Assembly: GCA_963747115.1 (NCBI GenBank)
Contig: CAVVEB010000019.1
Location: 5,824-69,823 of the forward strand
Direction of reading: 5' to 3'
Source of the DNA: an uncultured delta proteobacterium
GTDB taxonomy: Bacteria; Desulfobacterota; Binatia; Binatales; Binataceae
Length of the DNA stretch: 64,000 nucleotides
Positions 18,090 through 28,095 of the stretch are shown one piece after another. Every line of letters begins with the position of its first letter. Position 1 is the stretch's first letter. The notes under the pieces were generated by a model. The model saw nothing but the letters and a program-made list of their open reading frames with translations. It did no database searches and was not told the origin of the DNA. The translations under genes and the position numbers were made by a program.

Positions 18090-19010
18090 CTAGAACGCGA
18101 TGCGCCCGGTAATGATCCAGGAGTTGTGGTACTGGGTAAACCTGGTTACCGCTACCTGAAAGCCCGCACCCACAATCAGCTTGACGCGTTGCCAGACTGG
18201 AAAGCGTCCGAGCACCATTGCGGGCGTGAGCAAGACCTGATTTTTTCCGGCATGCTCGCCGTCGGGAAACCAGGTGTAGTTCACTTCGAACTCAGGCCAA
18301 AAGTACTCGAACAGGTGATATTGAAAGGCGGTGTTGTATGCGAGGGGCATCCCCAGGCGATCCAGCCCGCCGTTGGGAAATGTCATACCAACAGTGCTTT
18401 GGAAATCGAAGTCACCGAATCCCTTCCCGAATGCGATCGTCGGCGTGAACTGCGCATGCCCGGAGGTGTTGCCGCTGGTGCCGGTCGGCGCGCTAAATCC
18501 CACGAATGCGGTCAGGATGTAGTTGCCGTTTTCTTCGTTCGCTGAGAGCAGACGATATTTGATCAGCGCGGTCCAGTCGGCGAAATCGTCGGTGCCGCGA
18601 GTCGCGATACCTTGTTCGCCGGGAAACTCGTGCGATTCATAGTTCGGTATGCCGAGGATCACTTCGATCGTGTCCCATGGGATCAGTTCCAATCCCTTTC
18701 CCGAACCATAGTTGGTCGTTAGCTCGCCGTGCTGCGCCGATTGGAACGATTGATCGTAGCGAAGCTCCTGTTCCAGGCGCGGCGTCACCGTGACCACCGG
18801 CGTCATCCAGTGAGGCTGCTCGGCTTGGGTGCGCGATACGCGCATGAACCAATTTTCGAAGTAGTCCTGTACCGGCTGAAGGAGGCTAAGGCCGCCGCTA
18901 GAAGATGACGCGACTTCGTCGGCGCCGGCAGGCGCGGTGGTCGGGAGTGATAGTACGGACAGTGTCGCTATGATCGAAACCCAACGCGTAAATCTGCCGA
19001 CATATTTCAT
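18090..19010 (-). CDS. outer-membrane beta-barrel protein (MetA-pathway/phenol-degradation-like transporter family, tentative)
   Basis: 306-aa ORF with a signal peptide (IIATLSVLSLPTTAPAGA), alternating beta-strand pattern and a C-terminal aromatic residue (..TGRIAF). Confidence 0.6.
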   Translation of the reverse strand: MKYVGRFTRWVSIIATLSVLSLPTTAPAGADEVASSSSGGLSLLQPVQDYFENWFMRVSRTQAEQPHWMTPVVTVTPRLEQELRYDQSFQSAQHGELTTNYGSGKGLELIPWDTIEVILGIPNYESHEFPGEQGIATRGTDDFADWTALIKYRLLSANEENGNYILTAFVGFSAPTGTSGNTSGHAQFTPTIAFGKGFGDFDFQSTVGMTFPNGGLDRLGMPLAYNTAFQYHLFEYFWPEFEVNYTWFPDGEHAGKNQVLLTPAMVLGRFPVWQRVKLIVGAGFQVAVTRFTQYHNSWIITGRIAF

Positions 19011-19249
19011 GACGCGTGGTTATGTCACGACGATGTCGAGTTCGACAAGTATCGCAACGCTCGCCCGGAATGTCAGCGGAGCGGAAAGCCGTGCCGGAAA
19101 TTTACCAAACGAACCCAAAAGTTCTCGTATTTGCTTGATATATTTGCTTCCCTCGGTCGGGATCGTTTCCGGCAGTGTCTCTGAGGCGTTACCCATCGCG
19201 CGTCATTTACGTATCATCTTTGAGATTACGGCTTCGAGAGGAGGGGCAC

Positions 19250-20539
19250 GTGCTTTTTTCGCGATGGATTCAGTCCGCCAGGATGATACGACTTGCCGCC
19301 GGCGCCGGCTTCGCGGCCCTTCTTTTTGCCGGAAGTGCCGCTCACGCGGAGACGCTCACCCTGTCCGATGCTATTGATCGGGCGGTGCGGTTTGCGCCCT
19401 CCTTGACGATGGCAACGGCGACCAGCGACCTGAGCGAGGCCCGCATCGATGAGATGCGCGCGCCAATGTTTCCCGCGCTCTCAGCGCGCGCGGAGTACTA
19501 CCAGGCGCCCGGTTACGACACCGTGATTACCAATCGCGGATTGTCGAGTGGGCTGCTCTCGCTCGATTACACCGCTATTGATTTCGGGCGGCGGATGTCG
19601 CGGGTTCGGGCGGCGCGTTACGCGGCTGAAGCCGCGAGACTTGGAATCGTAGCGACGCGCGCGCAGATCGTGTTCGACGTCAAAGTCGCATATTTTGATC
19701 TGCTGCGTACAAGACACGCGGTGGCCGAAACCCAGGCCAACGTCAATCGATTGAACCGCTATCTCGGCACTATCAGCACACTTCAACGCAGCGGCCGCGC
19801 AATCGAGAATGACACCCTGAAGGTCCGCACCACGCGCGACACCGCGGAACTCGCGCTCTCCGATGCCCGCAGCGAACAACTCAGAGCAACGATGGTGCTC
19901 GGATCGATGATTGGTGATTTCAGCGGGCCGGAAGCTGCCGATTTCGATATCGTTGAGATCGCCGAAATTCCGCCGATGCCAACTGGCGACCTGCTCGGCA
20001 CTCCGGCCATGAGAGCGGCGCAGCGTACCATCGAGTCGTCCAAAATGGAGGTGCAGGCAGCGCAAGCGGAACGTTACCCAACTTTACAGCTCGCGCTAAC
20101 GACAGGCGCGCTCGGCGTCGATCCGCAAAGCACTATCGAGCACCATTATGGAGCGTCGTACGACGGCCTGGTCTCGATGCCGCTGTTCCAGGGCGGACTG
20201 ATTTCGTCTCACATCGATCAAGCCAAAGCCCAGCAATTGCAGGCGGTGGCGCAGGCACGTTCGACGGAGTACCTGTTAAGGAGGCGAGTGGATGACGCGC
20301 GGCTGCGGTATCAAAAGGCACGCGACGCGCTCGAAATCCTGAGCCGCTCGCAACCCGATGCTGACGATGCCTTCGCGCTCACGTGGACGCGATTTTTGGG
20401 CGGTGGCACGGCAACCCTGCTCGAAGTGCTGGACACCTACACGCAGGCGGAGAATCTGAGAATTTCCCGAATCGACCAGGAATTCGCGGCACGCGAGGCC
20501 GCTGCGGAAGCCGCCCTGCTTTACGGCGCCACTGAATGA
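19250..20539 (+). CDS. TolC-family outer-membrane efflux protein
   Basis: The track ORF starts at 19175. The in-frame GTG at 19250 follows GAGAGGAGG. Signal peptide ...LLFAGSAAHA, then the classic LTLSDAIDRAV start and two-repeat TolC architecture. Confidence 0.85.
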   Translation: MLFSRWIQSARMIRLAAGAGFAALLFAGSAAHAETLTLSDAIDRAVRFAPSLTMATATSDLSEARIDEMRAPMFPALSARAEYYQAPGYDTVITNRGLSSGLLSLDYTAIDFGRRMSRVRAARYAAEAARLGIVATRAQIVFDVKVAYFDLLRTRHAVAETQANVNRLNRYLGTISTLQRSGRAIENDTLKVRTTRDTAELALSDARSEQLRATMVLGSMIGDFSGPEAADFDIVEIAEIPPMPTGDLLGTPAMRAAQRTIESSKMEVQAAQAERYPTLQLALTTGALGVDPQSTIEHHYGASYDGLVSMPLFQGGLISSHIDQAKAQQLQAVAQARSTEYLLRRRVDDARLRYQKARDALEILSRSQPDADDAFALTWTRFLGGGTATLLEVLDTYTQAENLRISRIDQEFAAREAAAEAALLYGATE

Positions 20540-21547
20540 AAGCCGCGCGCCCATCTCGGCCTCGATGGCTTCATCTCGGCGCGATCCTGGTTGCCGCCGC
20601 AATTTCTATCGCCGGATGCCGACGCGCCAATTCTGATGAAGCGGCCCCTTCCGATGCTTCACCCAACCCAATTCTCGCCGTCAGCGTCGCGCAAGTGCGC
20701 ATCGGGCCGATGAAGAACACGTTGCGTCTGCTCGGCACCACCGTCGCGATGCATCATGTGATTTTGCGGGCGCCGGTCGGCGGGCGCGTGCTGGGTATGA
20801 ATCTCAAGATCGGCGACAGGGTAAAAAAAGGCCAGATCGTCGCGCACGTTCTGAGCCTCGAGAATCGAGGCAGCGCGGCAAGGTCTCAAGATTGCCCAGA
20901 AGATCGATCCCGAAGACGCCGCATCGCTCGGGCATTCGGTAAACAAATACAACGCCGACTCCGGGATTCCGGTGGTCGCTACCGAAGGCGGAGTCGTCTC
21001 CGCTCCGCCCACCACCACGGGTCAGGTGGTGGCGTATCTCGATCCGTTGGCGGATCTCGTCGATCCTAAGAGTGTCTACGTCGATGCCGCCGTGCCGGTC
21101 GATGACGTGCATCTCATCAGCGTCGGAATGCAGGCGCTGGTGAAATCCCCACTCATGCCAAATGTCGAAATGCCCGCGCGAGTCGCGGCCATCCTGCCCA
21201 ATTTCAACGCCGGCAGCGCAACCTCCGCGGCGCGTCTGGAATTCACCGGCGACGATCGTATGGTGGCGGCCGGAGCGCCGGCCGAAGCCCTGGTGGTCAC
21301 CCAATCGGTTCCCGATGCGATCGTGATTCCGGCGGCCGCCTTGTTCCAGGACGACGGGGGCGCTTTTCATGTGTTCATCGTGGGCAAAGACCATCGCGCG
21401 CATCGGGTTGCGGTCACACTCGGCATTCGCGATCCCGGCCAGGCGCAGGTAACCGCGGGCGTTGAGCCGGGAGACACTGTTATCATCTCGGGCGGTTACG
21501 CGCTTTCGGATGGACTCGAGGTCAGCGTGGCCCAGGCGAGCAAGTGA
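20536..21547 (+). pseudogene. RND efflux periplasmic adaptor (MFP/HlyD family) interrupted by one frameshift
   Basis: The N-terminal part (lipobox ISIAGC, barrel-sandwich LRAPVGGRVLGMNLKIGDRVKKGQ) is in frame 1 up to about 20855. The rest (IEAARQGLKIAQK...VVATEGGVV...FIVGKDHRAHRVAVTLG...ISGGYALSDG) is in frame 2, open from 20855 to 21547. Confidence 0.75.
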
Positions 21548-21566
21548 GAGGCCCGGCAATCCCGAG

Positions 21567-24500
21567 GTGACTCGATCGAATTCCATACTGGCAGTCCTCG
21601 CGGTGTTGGGGCTGACGATATTGGGAGTAATGCTCGCGTTCTCGATTCCCAGTTCCGTCTTTCCCGAGATGACTTTCAACCGCGCGATTATCCTGGCCGA
21701 TTCCGGCGATCTTCCGCCCGAACAGATGATCGTCACGGTCACGCGTCCGCTCGAAGAGGCCGCCTACGGAGTAACCGGGGTATCGTTGGTCCGATCGACG
21801 ACCACTCGCGGTTCTGCAGAAGTGGATGTGACGTTCGCGGAAAGTGTCGATCCGACCACCAGTTTTCAACTTCTCAACGCGGCTCTGGGCGAGGTGCGCG
21901 GACGTTTGCCGAATGGAACGCTAATCGACACCCGGTTGCTGACCTCCGGTACCTTTCCGGTTGTCGATCTGAGCATGAGTTCGCGGATCCGCACGCTCCC
22001 GGAACTCACGGATGTCGCATTCTACGATATCGTGCCGAGTCTGCATCGGATTCCCGGCGTGTACCGGGTCGAAATGGTCGGCGGAAAATATCGTGAGTAC
22101 GTGGTCCGAATCGACCCCGCAAAAATGCTCGCACACGATCTCGGACCCGACGACGTAGTTAGCGGGCTGGCCAAGGCCAACATCATCGAGTCGGCGGGCA
22201 GAATCGTCGATACGCATCGCATGCTGTTGACGGTGGTCACCGCCAATATTTCTCAGCCCGAACAGGTCGCGGCGATTCCGATCGCGAACGTCAGCGGACA
22301 GCCGGTGATGGTGCGTGACATCGGCACCGTTGAAATAGGGATTCAGGAAGACTACATCCGGACCGCCGCGGAAAACGGACCGGCGCTGCTGATCGGCGTC
22401 TCTCGCCAGCCGAGCGGCAACACCGTCGAAATTTCCAACCAGGTTAAGCAACTGATGGAGGATTTCCACCGCCGGTACCCGGACGTGCAGTTCTCTCTTT
22501 CTTACGATCAGGCGGCGCTGGTCACCGAGTCATTCAACAGCGTGCGCGACGCGATCGTGCTCGGTCTCGCGCTGGCGGTGCTGGTGGTTTTGATCTTCAC
22601 GGGCAGTCCGGTGAGCGCGATAGTCGCCGCGATCGTGGTGCCGTGCACGCTCGCGATCACCTTCGTGGTGCTGAAGGCGTTTGGCATGAGCTTCAACATG
22701 ATGACGCTGGGCGGACTCGCGGCCGGCATCGGACTCTTCATCGACGACGCGATCGTAATGATCGAAGCGATTCATCGCGCGCGGTCGCTCGGCGCCGCTA
22801 CGGTGCAGGGAGTTCCGGCCGCGCTCAAGGAATTGGGCAGGCCGCTATTCGCTTCCACCATGACGGTGGTGCTGGTATTCGCGCCGCTGGTTTTTCTTTC
22901 CGGAGTTACGGGAACATTTTTCCGCGCGCTCGCGATTACGTTGGGCGCGGGCCTCTTCATCTCGCTGTTGATCGCGATCTACTTCACTCCGGCGCTGGAG
23001 ATCGCATTCGAACGGATCCGCGGCAAGGCCAAACCGCCGGGAAGAATATTCGACGGGCTGCGCGACCTTTACCTCGCCGCCGTGAAGCCGTTCATTCGGG
23101 TCCCCGCGCTCGCGGTGGTACTTGCACTGGTCTCGGGCGGCACCGCGTATCTCCTTTACAGCTCTCTCGGCACCGATTACCTGCCGGCTCTGGATGAGGG
23201 CGCCTTCATTCTCGACTACAACACACCGCCACAGAGCTCGCTCGATGACACCCTGGCGATGCTCGCAAAGATCGAAGCGATCCTTAAATCGACGCCGGAG
23301 GTCGCGGCGTTTTCAGTGCGGACTGGAACTCAGCTCGGGTTTTTTCTCACCGAATCCAATCGCGGCGACATCTCGGTGCGACTGAAGCAGCGGCGCTCCC
23401 GCGATATCGACGCCATCATGAACGATGTGCGCGGAAAAATTCTGCAACGCGTTCCCGGCGTCCGCATCGAGTTCTCCCAAGTCATCCAGGACCTCATCGG
23501 AGATTTGTCCGGGACACCCGAACCGGTTGAAGTCAAGATCTTCGGCTCCGACGAGGCGACCATCGAAACTACTGCGCGCCGGGTCGCGGACGAGCTGCGC
23601 AAGATTACCGGAATGGTCGACGTCTTCGATGGGATCGTGCTCAGCAATCCAGAGGAAGCGATTGTGGTGGACGAGACCGCCGCACAGCGCTACGGGATTT
23701 CAGCGACTGACGTGCACGACGCGCTCCGTTCGGTGGTCGAAGGAAGTATCGCCACCTACGTGAGGGTCAATGATCGCTTGTACGGGGTGCGAGTCCGCTA
23801 TCCGGATAATTTCCATCAGGATTTAAGCTCGCTTTCCGAGGTGATGCTAAAGACACCGAGCAACGGACGGGTGCCGCTTTCGTTGGTAACCAGTCTACAA
23901 TTCCTCGGCGAGCGCCCGGAACTCGATCACGAGCGGTTGCGGCCCGTGATCCACGTCACCGCAAGGCTCACGGACAATCTCGACCTCGGCACCGCAATGT
24001 CGGAGGCGCAAAGCAGAATTAGCCATCTGATTTTGCCCGCCGGAGTTACTATCGAATATGGCGGACTCTACGCGCAGCAACAGAAGGCATTCGGTGAGCT
24101 GGCATTGGTGCTGATCGCCGGCGCGGTGGTGATTTTTCTGATTCTGGTTTGGGAATTCGGAAGGCTGGCGCCGGCCGTTGCGTGCCTGATCGCTGCGATG
24201 GCGTCGCTGACGGGGAGTTTCGCCGCTCTATGGTTGACCGGCATCACGCTCAATATTTCGTCGTTCATGGGAATCATCATGGTCGCGGGAATCACCGCGA
24301 AGAACGGGATCCTTCTTTTGGATCACGCCGAGCGCGGACTGGCCGGAGGACTCTCCTCCGCGGACTCGTTGATCGAAGCCGCCGAGATCCGGCTGCGTCC
24401 GATCCTGATGACGACGTTGGCGACTGCGGCGGGACTTTTTCCGCTCGCGCTCGGAATTGGCGCGGGCGCGAAAGTTCAGCAGCCGCTCGCGCTGGCCGTC

Positions 24501-24605
24501 ATCGGCGGTCTGGTATTCGCGATGCTGTTCGCGACCCCGCTCGCGGGCGGTATCTACCTCTTGGGTACGCGTGAAACCTCGAAACGGGAGCCGGCGGAAT
24601 TTTGA
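21567..24605 (+). CDS. RND-family efflux transporter permease (AcrB/CzcA superfamily)
   Basis: About 1010-aa, 12-TM architecture with a typical C-terminal half (ILLLDHAE...RLRPILMTTLATAAGLFPLAL). The start is uncertain: GTG 21567, or ATG 21510 or 21462 overlapping the MFP gene. Confidence 0.9.
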   Translation: MTRSNSILAVLAVLGLTILGVMLAFSIPSSVFPEMTFNRAIILADSGDLPPEQMIVTVTRPLEEAAYGVTGVSLVRSTTTRGSAEVDVTFAESVDPTTSFQLLNAALGEVRGRLPNGTLIDTRLLTSGTFPVVDLSMSSRIRTLPELTDVAFYDIVPSLHRIPGVYRVEMVGGKYREYVVRIDPAKMLAHDLGPDDVVSGLAKANIIESAGRIVDTHRMLLTVVTANISQPEQVAAIPIANVSGQPVMVRDIGTVEIGIQEDYIRTAAENGPALLIGVSRQPSGNTVEISNQVKQLMEDFHRRYPDVQFSLSYDQAALVTESFNSVRDAIVLGLALAVLVVLIFTGSPVSAIVAAIVVPCTLAITFVVLKAFGMSFNMMTLGGLAAGIGLFIDDAIVMIEAIHRARSLGAATVQGVPAALKELGRPLFASTMTVVLVFAPLVFLSGVTGTFFRALAITLGAGLFISLLIAIYFTPALEIAFERIRGKAKPPGRIFDGLRDLYLAAVKPFIRVPALAVVLALVSGGTAYLLYSSLGTDYLPALDEGAFILDYNTPPQSSLDDTLAMLAKIEAILKSTPEVAAFSVRTGTQLGFFLTESNRGDISVRLKQRRSRDIDAIMNDVRGKILQRVPGVRIEFSQVIQDLIGDLSGTPEPVEVKIFGSDEATIETTARRVADELRKITGMVDVFDGIVLSNPEEAIVVDETAAQRYGISATDVHDALRSVVEGSIATYVRVNDRLYGVRVRYPDNFHQDLSSLSEVMLKTPSNGRVPLSLVTSLQFLGERPELDHERLRPVIHVTARLTDNLDLGTAMSEAQSRISHLILPAGVTIEYGGLYAQQQKAFGELALVLIAGAVVIFLILVWEFGRLAPAVACLIAAMASLTGSFAALWLTGITLNISSFMGIIMVAGITAKNGILLLDHAERGLAGGLSSADSLIEAAEIRLRPILMTTLATAAGLFPLALGIGAGAKVQQPLALAVIGGLVFAMLFATPLAGGIYLLGTRETSKREPAEF

Positions 24606-24614
24606 GCGGAAGGA

Positions 24615-24646
24615 GAGGCTGCCCGCACCATCGCGCGGGCAGCCTC
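24615..24646. terminator. GC-rich hairpin between convergent genes (bidirectional terminator candidate)
   Basis: GAGGCTGCCCGC (24615-24626) pairs with GCGGGCAGCCTC (24635-24646). There is no clear U-tract. Confidence 0.5.
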
Positions 24647-24650
24647 GCTC

Positions 24651-26291
24651 CTAATTGGGAATGAAGTACTTCCACAGCCACGCTTTGTTAGTGTCAAGAT
24701 ACTTCGTCTCGGTGATGTATGCGTCGTCGGTGCCGTTCCACCAGGTGCCGGTATACCACTGGTCGACGCACCCCCATAGCATGTCGTTCGGATCGCCACT
24801 GGGATAGTCAGGGCTGCGGCTGCGCAGGTAATTGATCTGTCCTTCCATGCAGGCGCGCTCGTACCCGAGCTTGTAATCAACCACGTAGGCAGTGCTGGTA
24901 AGGGTGTCGGGGAAGGTACCCGGCGAGTCGGTGGCCTTAACCTGCATGACGCCGTAGCTCAGATAACATCCGCCGTTGCCAAATTCGAGGCCCGGAAAAC
25001 AGAGGCTCAGATTGGAGGTGAAGTCGCCGGCCGCAGCTTGATTCCATCCCCACGATTCGTTCGCCGCCATCGCACGAACCAGATTTTCGTCGATGCCCCA
25101 TTTACAAGCGCCCCACTGGAGGATTTCGTCGGTGGTGCCAGTGAAGTTGCCATCGATGTTGTTGGAGATCTTCGCAGAGATTCCCAGCTTGGCGTTGAAG
25201 GACCGCATGGTAGCGAGATTAGCGGTATCGCTGGGGATGGTGTGGTTGGCTGTATAATTGTTTGGCGCCGGTTCGAAGTCGGAATATTTGACCTCCGAGG
25301 CACAGACGGCTTCACTGGGGAGAGTCGAGCCCGGTGGCAGCGTATAAAAGTACGTTGAGCCGACCATCGGCGAATTCCGTACGTTCACGGTGGTCGAGGC
25401 GGTGCCCAGTACGACCCCCTGGTTCGCGAAAGCGCTGGCTGAAATGACGTGATTGCCGTTGAGGACGGTCGCGGAGTTCCAACTAAAGTTATACGGCGGC
25501 GACGAACTCAGATAGGTACCATCGATGTAGTAATTGACCCAAACTACATCTGAAGCCGCTGACGACGTGACATTCACATTGCCGGAGACGGTGGCGCCAT
25601 TGGCAGGAGAACTGATCGAAACCTCGCCGTTGCCGTTTCCTCCACCGTTTCCACCGGCCGGTGTCGGTGTTGGCACTGGTGTCGGCGCTGCATTGGCCAC
25701 CGTCACCGTCAATTGAGCCGAGCCAATCGCGTTTCCGTCTTGATCGAAGGCGCTCGCGGAGATGCTGTACTGTCCGTTAGACACTCCTGTGGTGTCCCAC
25801 TGGAACGTATCCGGTGGAGTGGAAGCCTGAAGGGTTCCATTGATGTATACGCTCGCGGACGCCGTCGTCGGACCGGTGGTAAGAGTTATAGGCACGATTC
25901 CCGAAACCGTTGATCCATTGGTCGGGGAAGTTAGCCATACCGCGATTCCATTGGCGACGGTCACTGTGGATGAGACGGAACCCAGATTGTCGCCTAAGGA
26001 ATCGTAGCCCGTCACGACCAGCTGATGCGGTCCATTCGCTACGCTTGAGGTTTGCCAGTAAAAGAAATTCGGCGGGGTCGAGTTTTGGTAAACGCCATCC
26101 ACGTACAGATTGCACATCGCGGTCGATGGGGCAGGCGATAGGCTTACAATCACGGTGCCGGAGACCGTGGAACCATTGGTAGGAGAGACCAACAGGACCG
26201 GGGAGGCCCAAGCGCGCCCACCCAGCGCCGACACGAACAGGGCAGCCGTCACAGCGATCTTGACTCTTCCCCTGATTGGAAAAAACGACAT
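24651..26291 (-). CDS. secreted protein: repeated Ig-like domains + C-terminal lytic-transglycosylase (SLT)-like domain
   Basis: The ATG at 26291 is preceded by GGGAGGG, whereas the track ORF begins at 26345. Signal peptide ...LGGRAWA. At least three repeats of SPTNGSTVSG.V...YVDG......PP..F.W.T..V.NG.H. C-terminal ...AANESWGWNQ...YGVMQVK. Confidence 0.7.
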   Translation of the reverse strand: MSFFPIRGRVKIAVTAALFVSALGGRAWASPVLLVSPTNGSTVSGTVIVSLSPAPSTAMCNLYVDGVYQNSTPPNFFYWQTSSVANGPHQLVVTGYDSLGDNLGSVSSTVTVANGIAVWLTSPTNGSTVSGIVPITLTTGPTTASASVYINGTLQASTPPDTFQWDTTGVSNGQYSISASAFDQDGNAIGSAQLTVTVANAAPTPVPTPTPAGGNGGGNGNGEVSISSPANGATVSGNVNVTSSAASDVVWVNYYIDGTYLSSSPPYNFSWNSATVLNGNHVISASAFANQGVVLGTASTTVNVRNSPMVGSTYFYTLPPGSTLPSEAVCASEVKYSDFEPAPNNYTANHTIPSDTANLATMRSFNAKLGISAKISNNIDGNFTGTTDEILQWGACKWGIDENLVRAMAANESWGWNQAAAGDFTSNLSLCFPGLEFGNGGCYLSYGVMQVKATDSPGTFPDTLTSTAYVVDYKLGYERACMEGQINYLRSRSPDYPSGDPNDMLWGCVDQWYTGTWWNGTDDAYITETKYLDTNKAWLWKYFIPN

Positions 26292-26883
26292 ACGAATCCC
26301 TCCCAAATCGTCCCATGAACAAAGCGCTTCGGCTTCGTCCCGCAAAATATAATGAAGCTCGTCAAGCCCGCCCCGAACCGCCCCCGCTGAATCGCTTAAG
26401 CGCTACAACCGGACTCAGCATCGTTCGGCGTCGCGCCGATTCAGGGGTTTTGTGCCTGGTCCAATATCAGTACGGACAGCCCAACCAAGCGGATGCTGGA
26501 AAATAGCCGGGCGGGCCGATTCCCAACGCTGTCTCTGATCAGCGCCCGCCAATTAAGCACAGGAACACAGATCCCGAAAAGCGCAGGAACTGTCTTCGAT
26601 CCGCCCCTGAATGCTCGGCGACACCTCTACCTCTGAACACTTACGAACAACCTCCTAGCGCAACCCGCGGGAACAGGGAGAGGTCCTAGCAAGGAAACGT
26701 ACGGCGACGCGAATCAGGAGCGAAATCGGAACCCCAAGCATGCTGCGTTCGTAGCCGCGCGAATCCACTCCCCCACCGCAGGATCAGTCACGAACGCGCG
26801 GAAACTAACACACGACGTATGTTGAAGCCAGTGAAAATTAGCAGCTTATGTGAATAAAGATTGAAGGCCGTGCCGCGCGGAAC

Positions 26884-27546
26884 TCAGAACAGACCAGGTA
26901 TGAGACGAAAATGAACCCGCTGCGCATACCCGCGATAGTCGGGATCGTTGATTAGCAATTCCTCTTCCAGAAGAATCCGCCACATCATAAACGGCACCGT
27001 GGCAATAACTATGAAGCAATTGAGCCATGAAGGGTACGCTGCAAGATAGCCTAACGTGAGCAGAAACCAGTCCGCGTAGATTGGATGGCGCATCAGACCG
27101 AATGGTCCCTTCACCACTATTCCACGATTGCCGGGTAAAATCCCAAAGCTTCGCCCCATGTAGATGCGCGCGGTCTGAGATAACACCACGCCCGCGATTT
27201 CGAGCCCGGTTCCGGTCCATGCCAGCAGCCCGACGGAGGAGGCCGCGGGTCGGACAAAGCAAGGCAGAAGAAACACGGCGATCGTGGATGCGAATGCGCG
27301 GGAGTCCATCATCACGGCGCGTGGCGGAAAGCGCACCAATGACATCGCGCCCATCAATAGCGCGCCGACCACCCAAATTATGTTGGCGGGTCCGCGGTCC
27401 AAACGACGCGCGTTGGGCAAGGCGCTGAGAAAAAACATCGCCGCCAACAGGACGTTTCCGATCCAATGCCGCAACTGCGCGTATTCCAAATTCCAGCCGC
27501 GCGATGGTGTATGCGCGTGGATCTTAACCGGTAATGTCGCCGCCAT
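26884..27546 (-). CDS. isoprenylcysteine carboxyl methyltransferase (ICMT/PEMT) family membrane protein
   Basis: 220-aa polytopic ORF with C-terminal GPFGLMRHPIYADWFL...EEELL...YRGYAQRV. Confidence 0.8.
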   Translation of the reverse strand: MAATLPVKIHAHTPSRGWNLEYAQLRHWIGNVLLAAMFFLSALPNARRLDRGPANIIWVVGALLMGAMSLVRFPPRAVMMDSRAFASTIAVFLLPCFVRPAASSVGLLAWTGTGLEIAGVVLSQTARIYMGRSFGILPGNRGIVVKGPFGLMRHPIYADWFLLTLGYLAAYPSWLNCFIVIATVPFMMWRILLEEELLINDPDYRGYAQRVHFRLIPGLF

Positions 27547-27763
27547 AGAATCACTACGGCAGCCGCATGAAAACGACGCAATGAAATCGCGCTCCGATGC
27601 GTAAATCGCTCCATCAAATGCTGGCTAATATGTGCGCGCGCTGCCGCCGACGCCTCACGAAAAGCGAGCGATGTCTATGGTCACCGTCGCGCTCGTTTCA
27701 CATAAATGATGCCATGCGCTTTCCAGATGTCGTCGAGTCGCCTAAGCTCTCTTTCCGAGCTGT

Positions 27764-27849
27764 GCCGAGGTGGCGAAATGGCAGACGCAGTGGACTCAAA
27801 ATCCACCGTGGGCAACCACATGGGGGTTCAAGTCCCCCCCTCGGCACCA
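27764..27849 (+). tRNA. tRNA-Leu (anticodon CAA), CCA encoded
   Basis: Hand fold: acceptor GCCGAGG/CCTCGGC, D-arm GCG-AAATGGCAGA-CGC, anticodon arm GTGGA-CTCAAAA-TCCAC, long variable arm, T-arm GGGGG-TTCAAGT-CCCCC, then ACCA. Confidence 0.92.
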
Positions 27850-27894
27850 AGTCACAATCTTATTGCGGGGCTAGTACGCCCCGATCACCTTCAA

Positions 27895-28090
27895 ATTCCC
27901 TGCTGATCAGGGAAAATACAGGGAAGTTTCGAGATTTCGAGCGTTCTGGCGCCGCTTGAAGCCGAAATAGCTTCGGCCTTCGCTGGGGTTTTCGGGGAAA
28001 TTCCCTACTCCGCGGAACAGGGAATTTTCTTCGCCGAGCAGGGAATTACATTTCCCTGATCAGGGAGTGAGCAGGGAAATATCAGGGTCC
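27895..28090. repeat. array of CAGGGAA(A/T)T motifs (about 8 direct, 3 inverted)
   Basis: CAGGGA at 27908, 27919, 28018, 28039, 28061, 28072 and 28083. TTCCCTG at 27896 and 28051. Palindromes TTCCCTGCTGATCAGGGAA and TTCCCTGATCAGGGAG. The array lies between tRNA-Leu and the terminase small-subunit ORF. Confidence 0.75.
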
Positions 28091-28095
28091 CGCCG

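Noticed and set aside
27850-27875. Shared 9-mer TCACAATCT between the tRNA-Leu 3' flank and the excisionase fragment at 37.9 kb, as a possible att core
   Set aside because: A 9-mer match is expected by chance in 128 kb of two-strand sequence. In the 37.9-kb copy it is simply the homologue of xis coding sequence.
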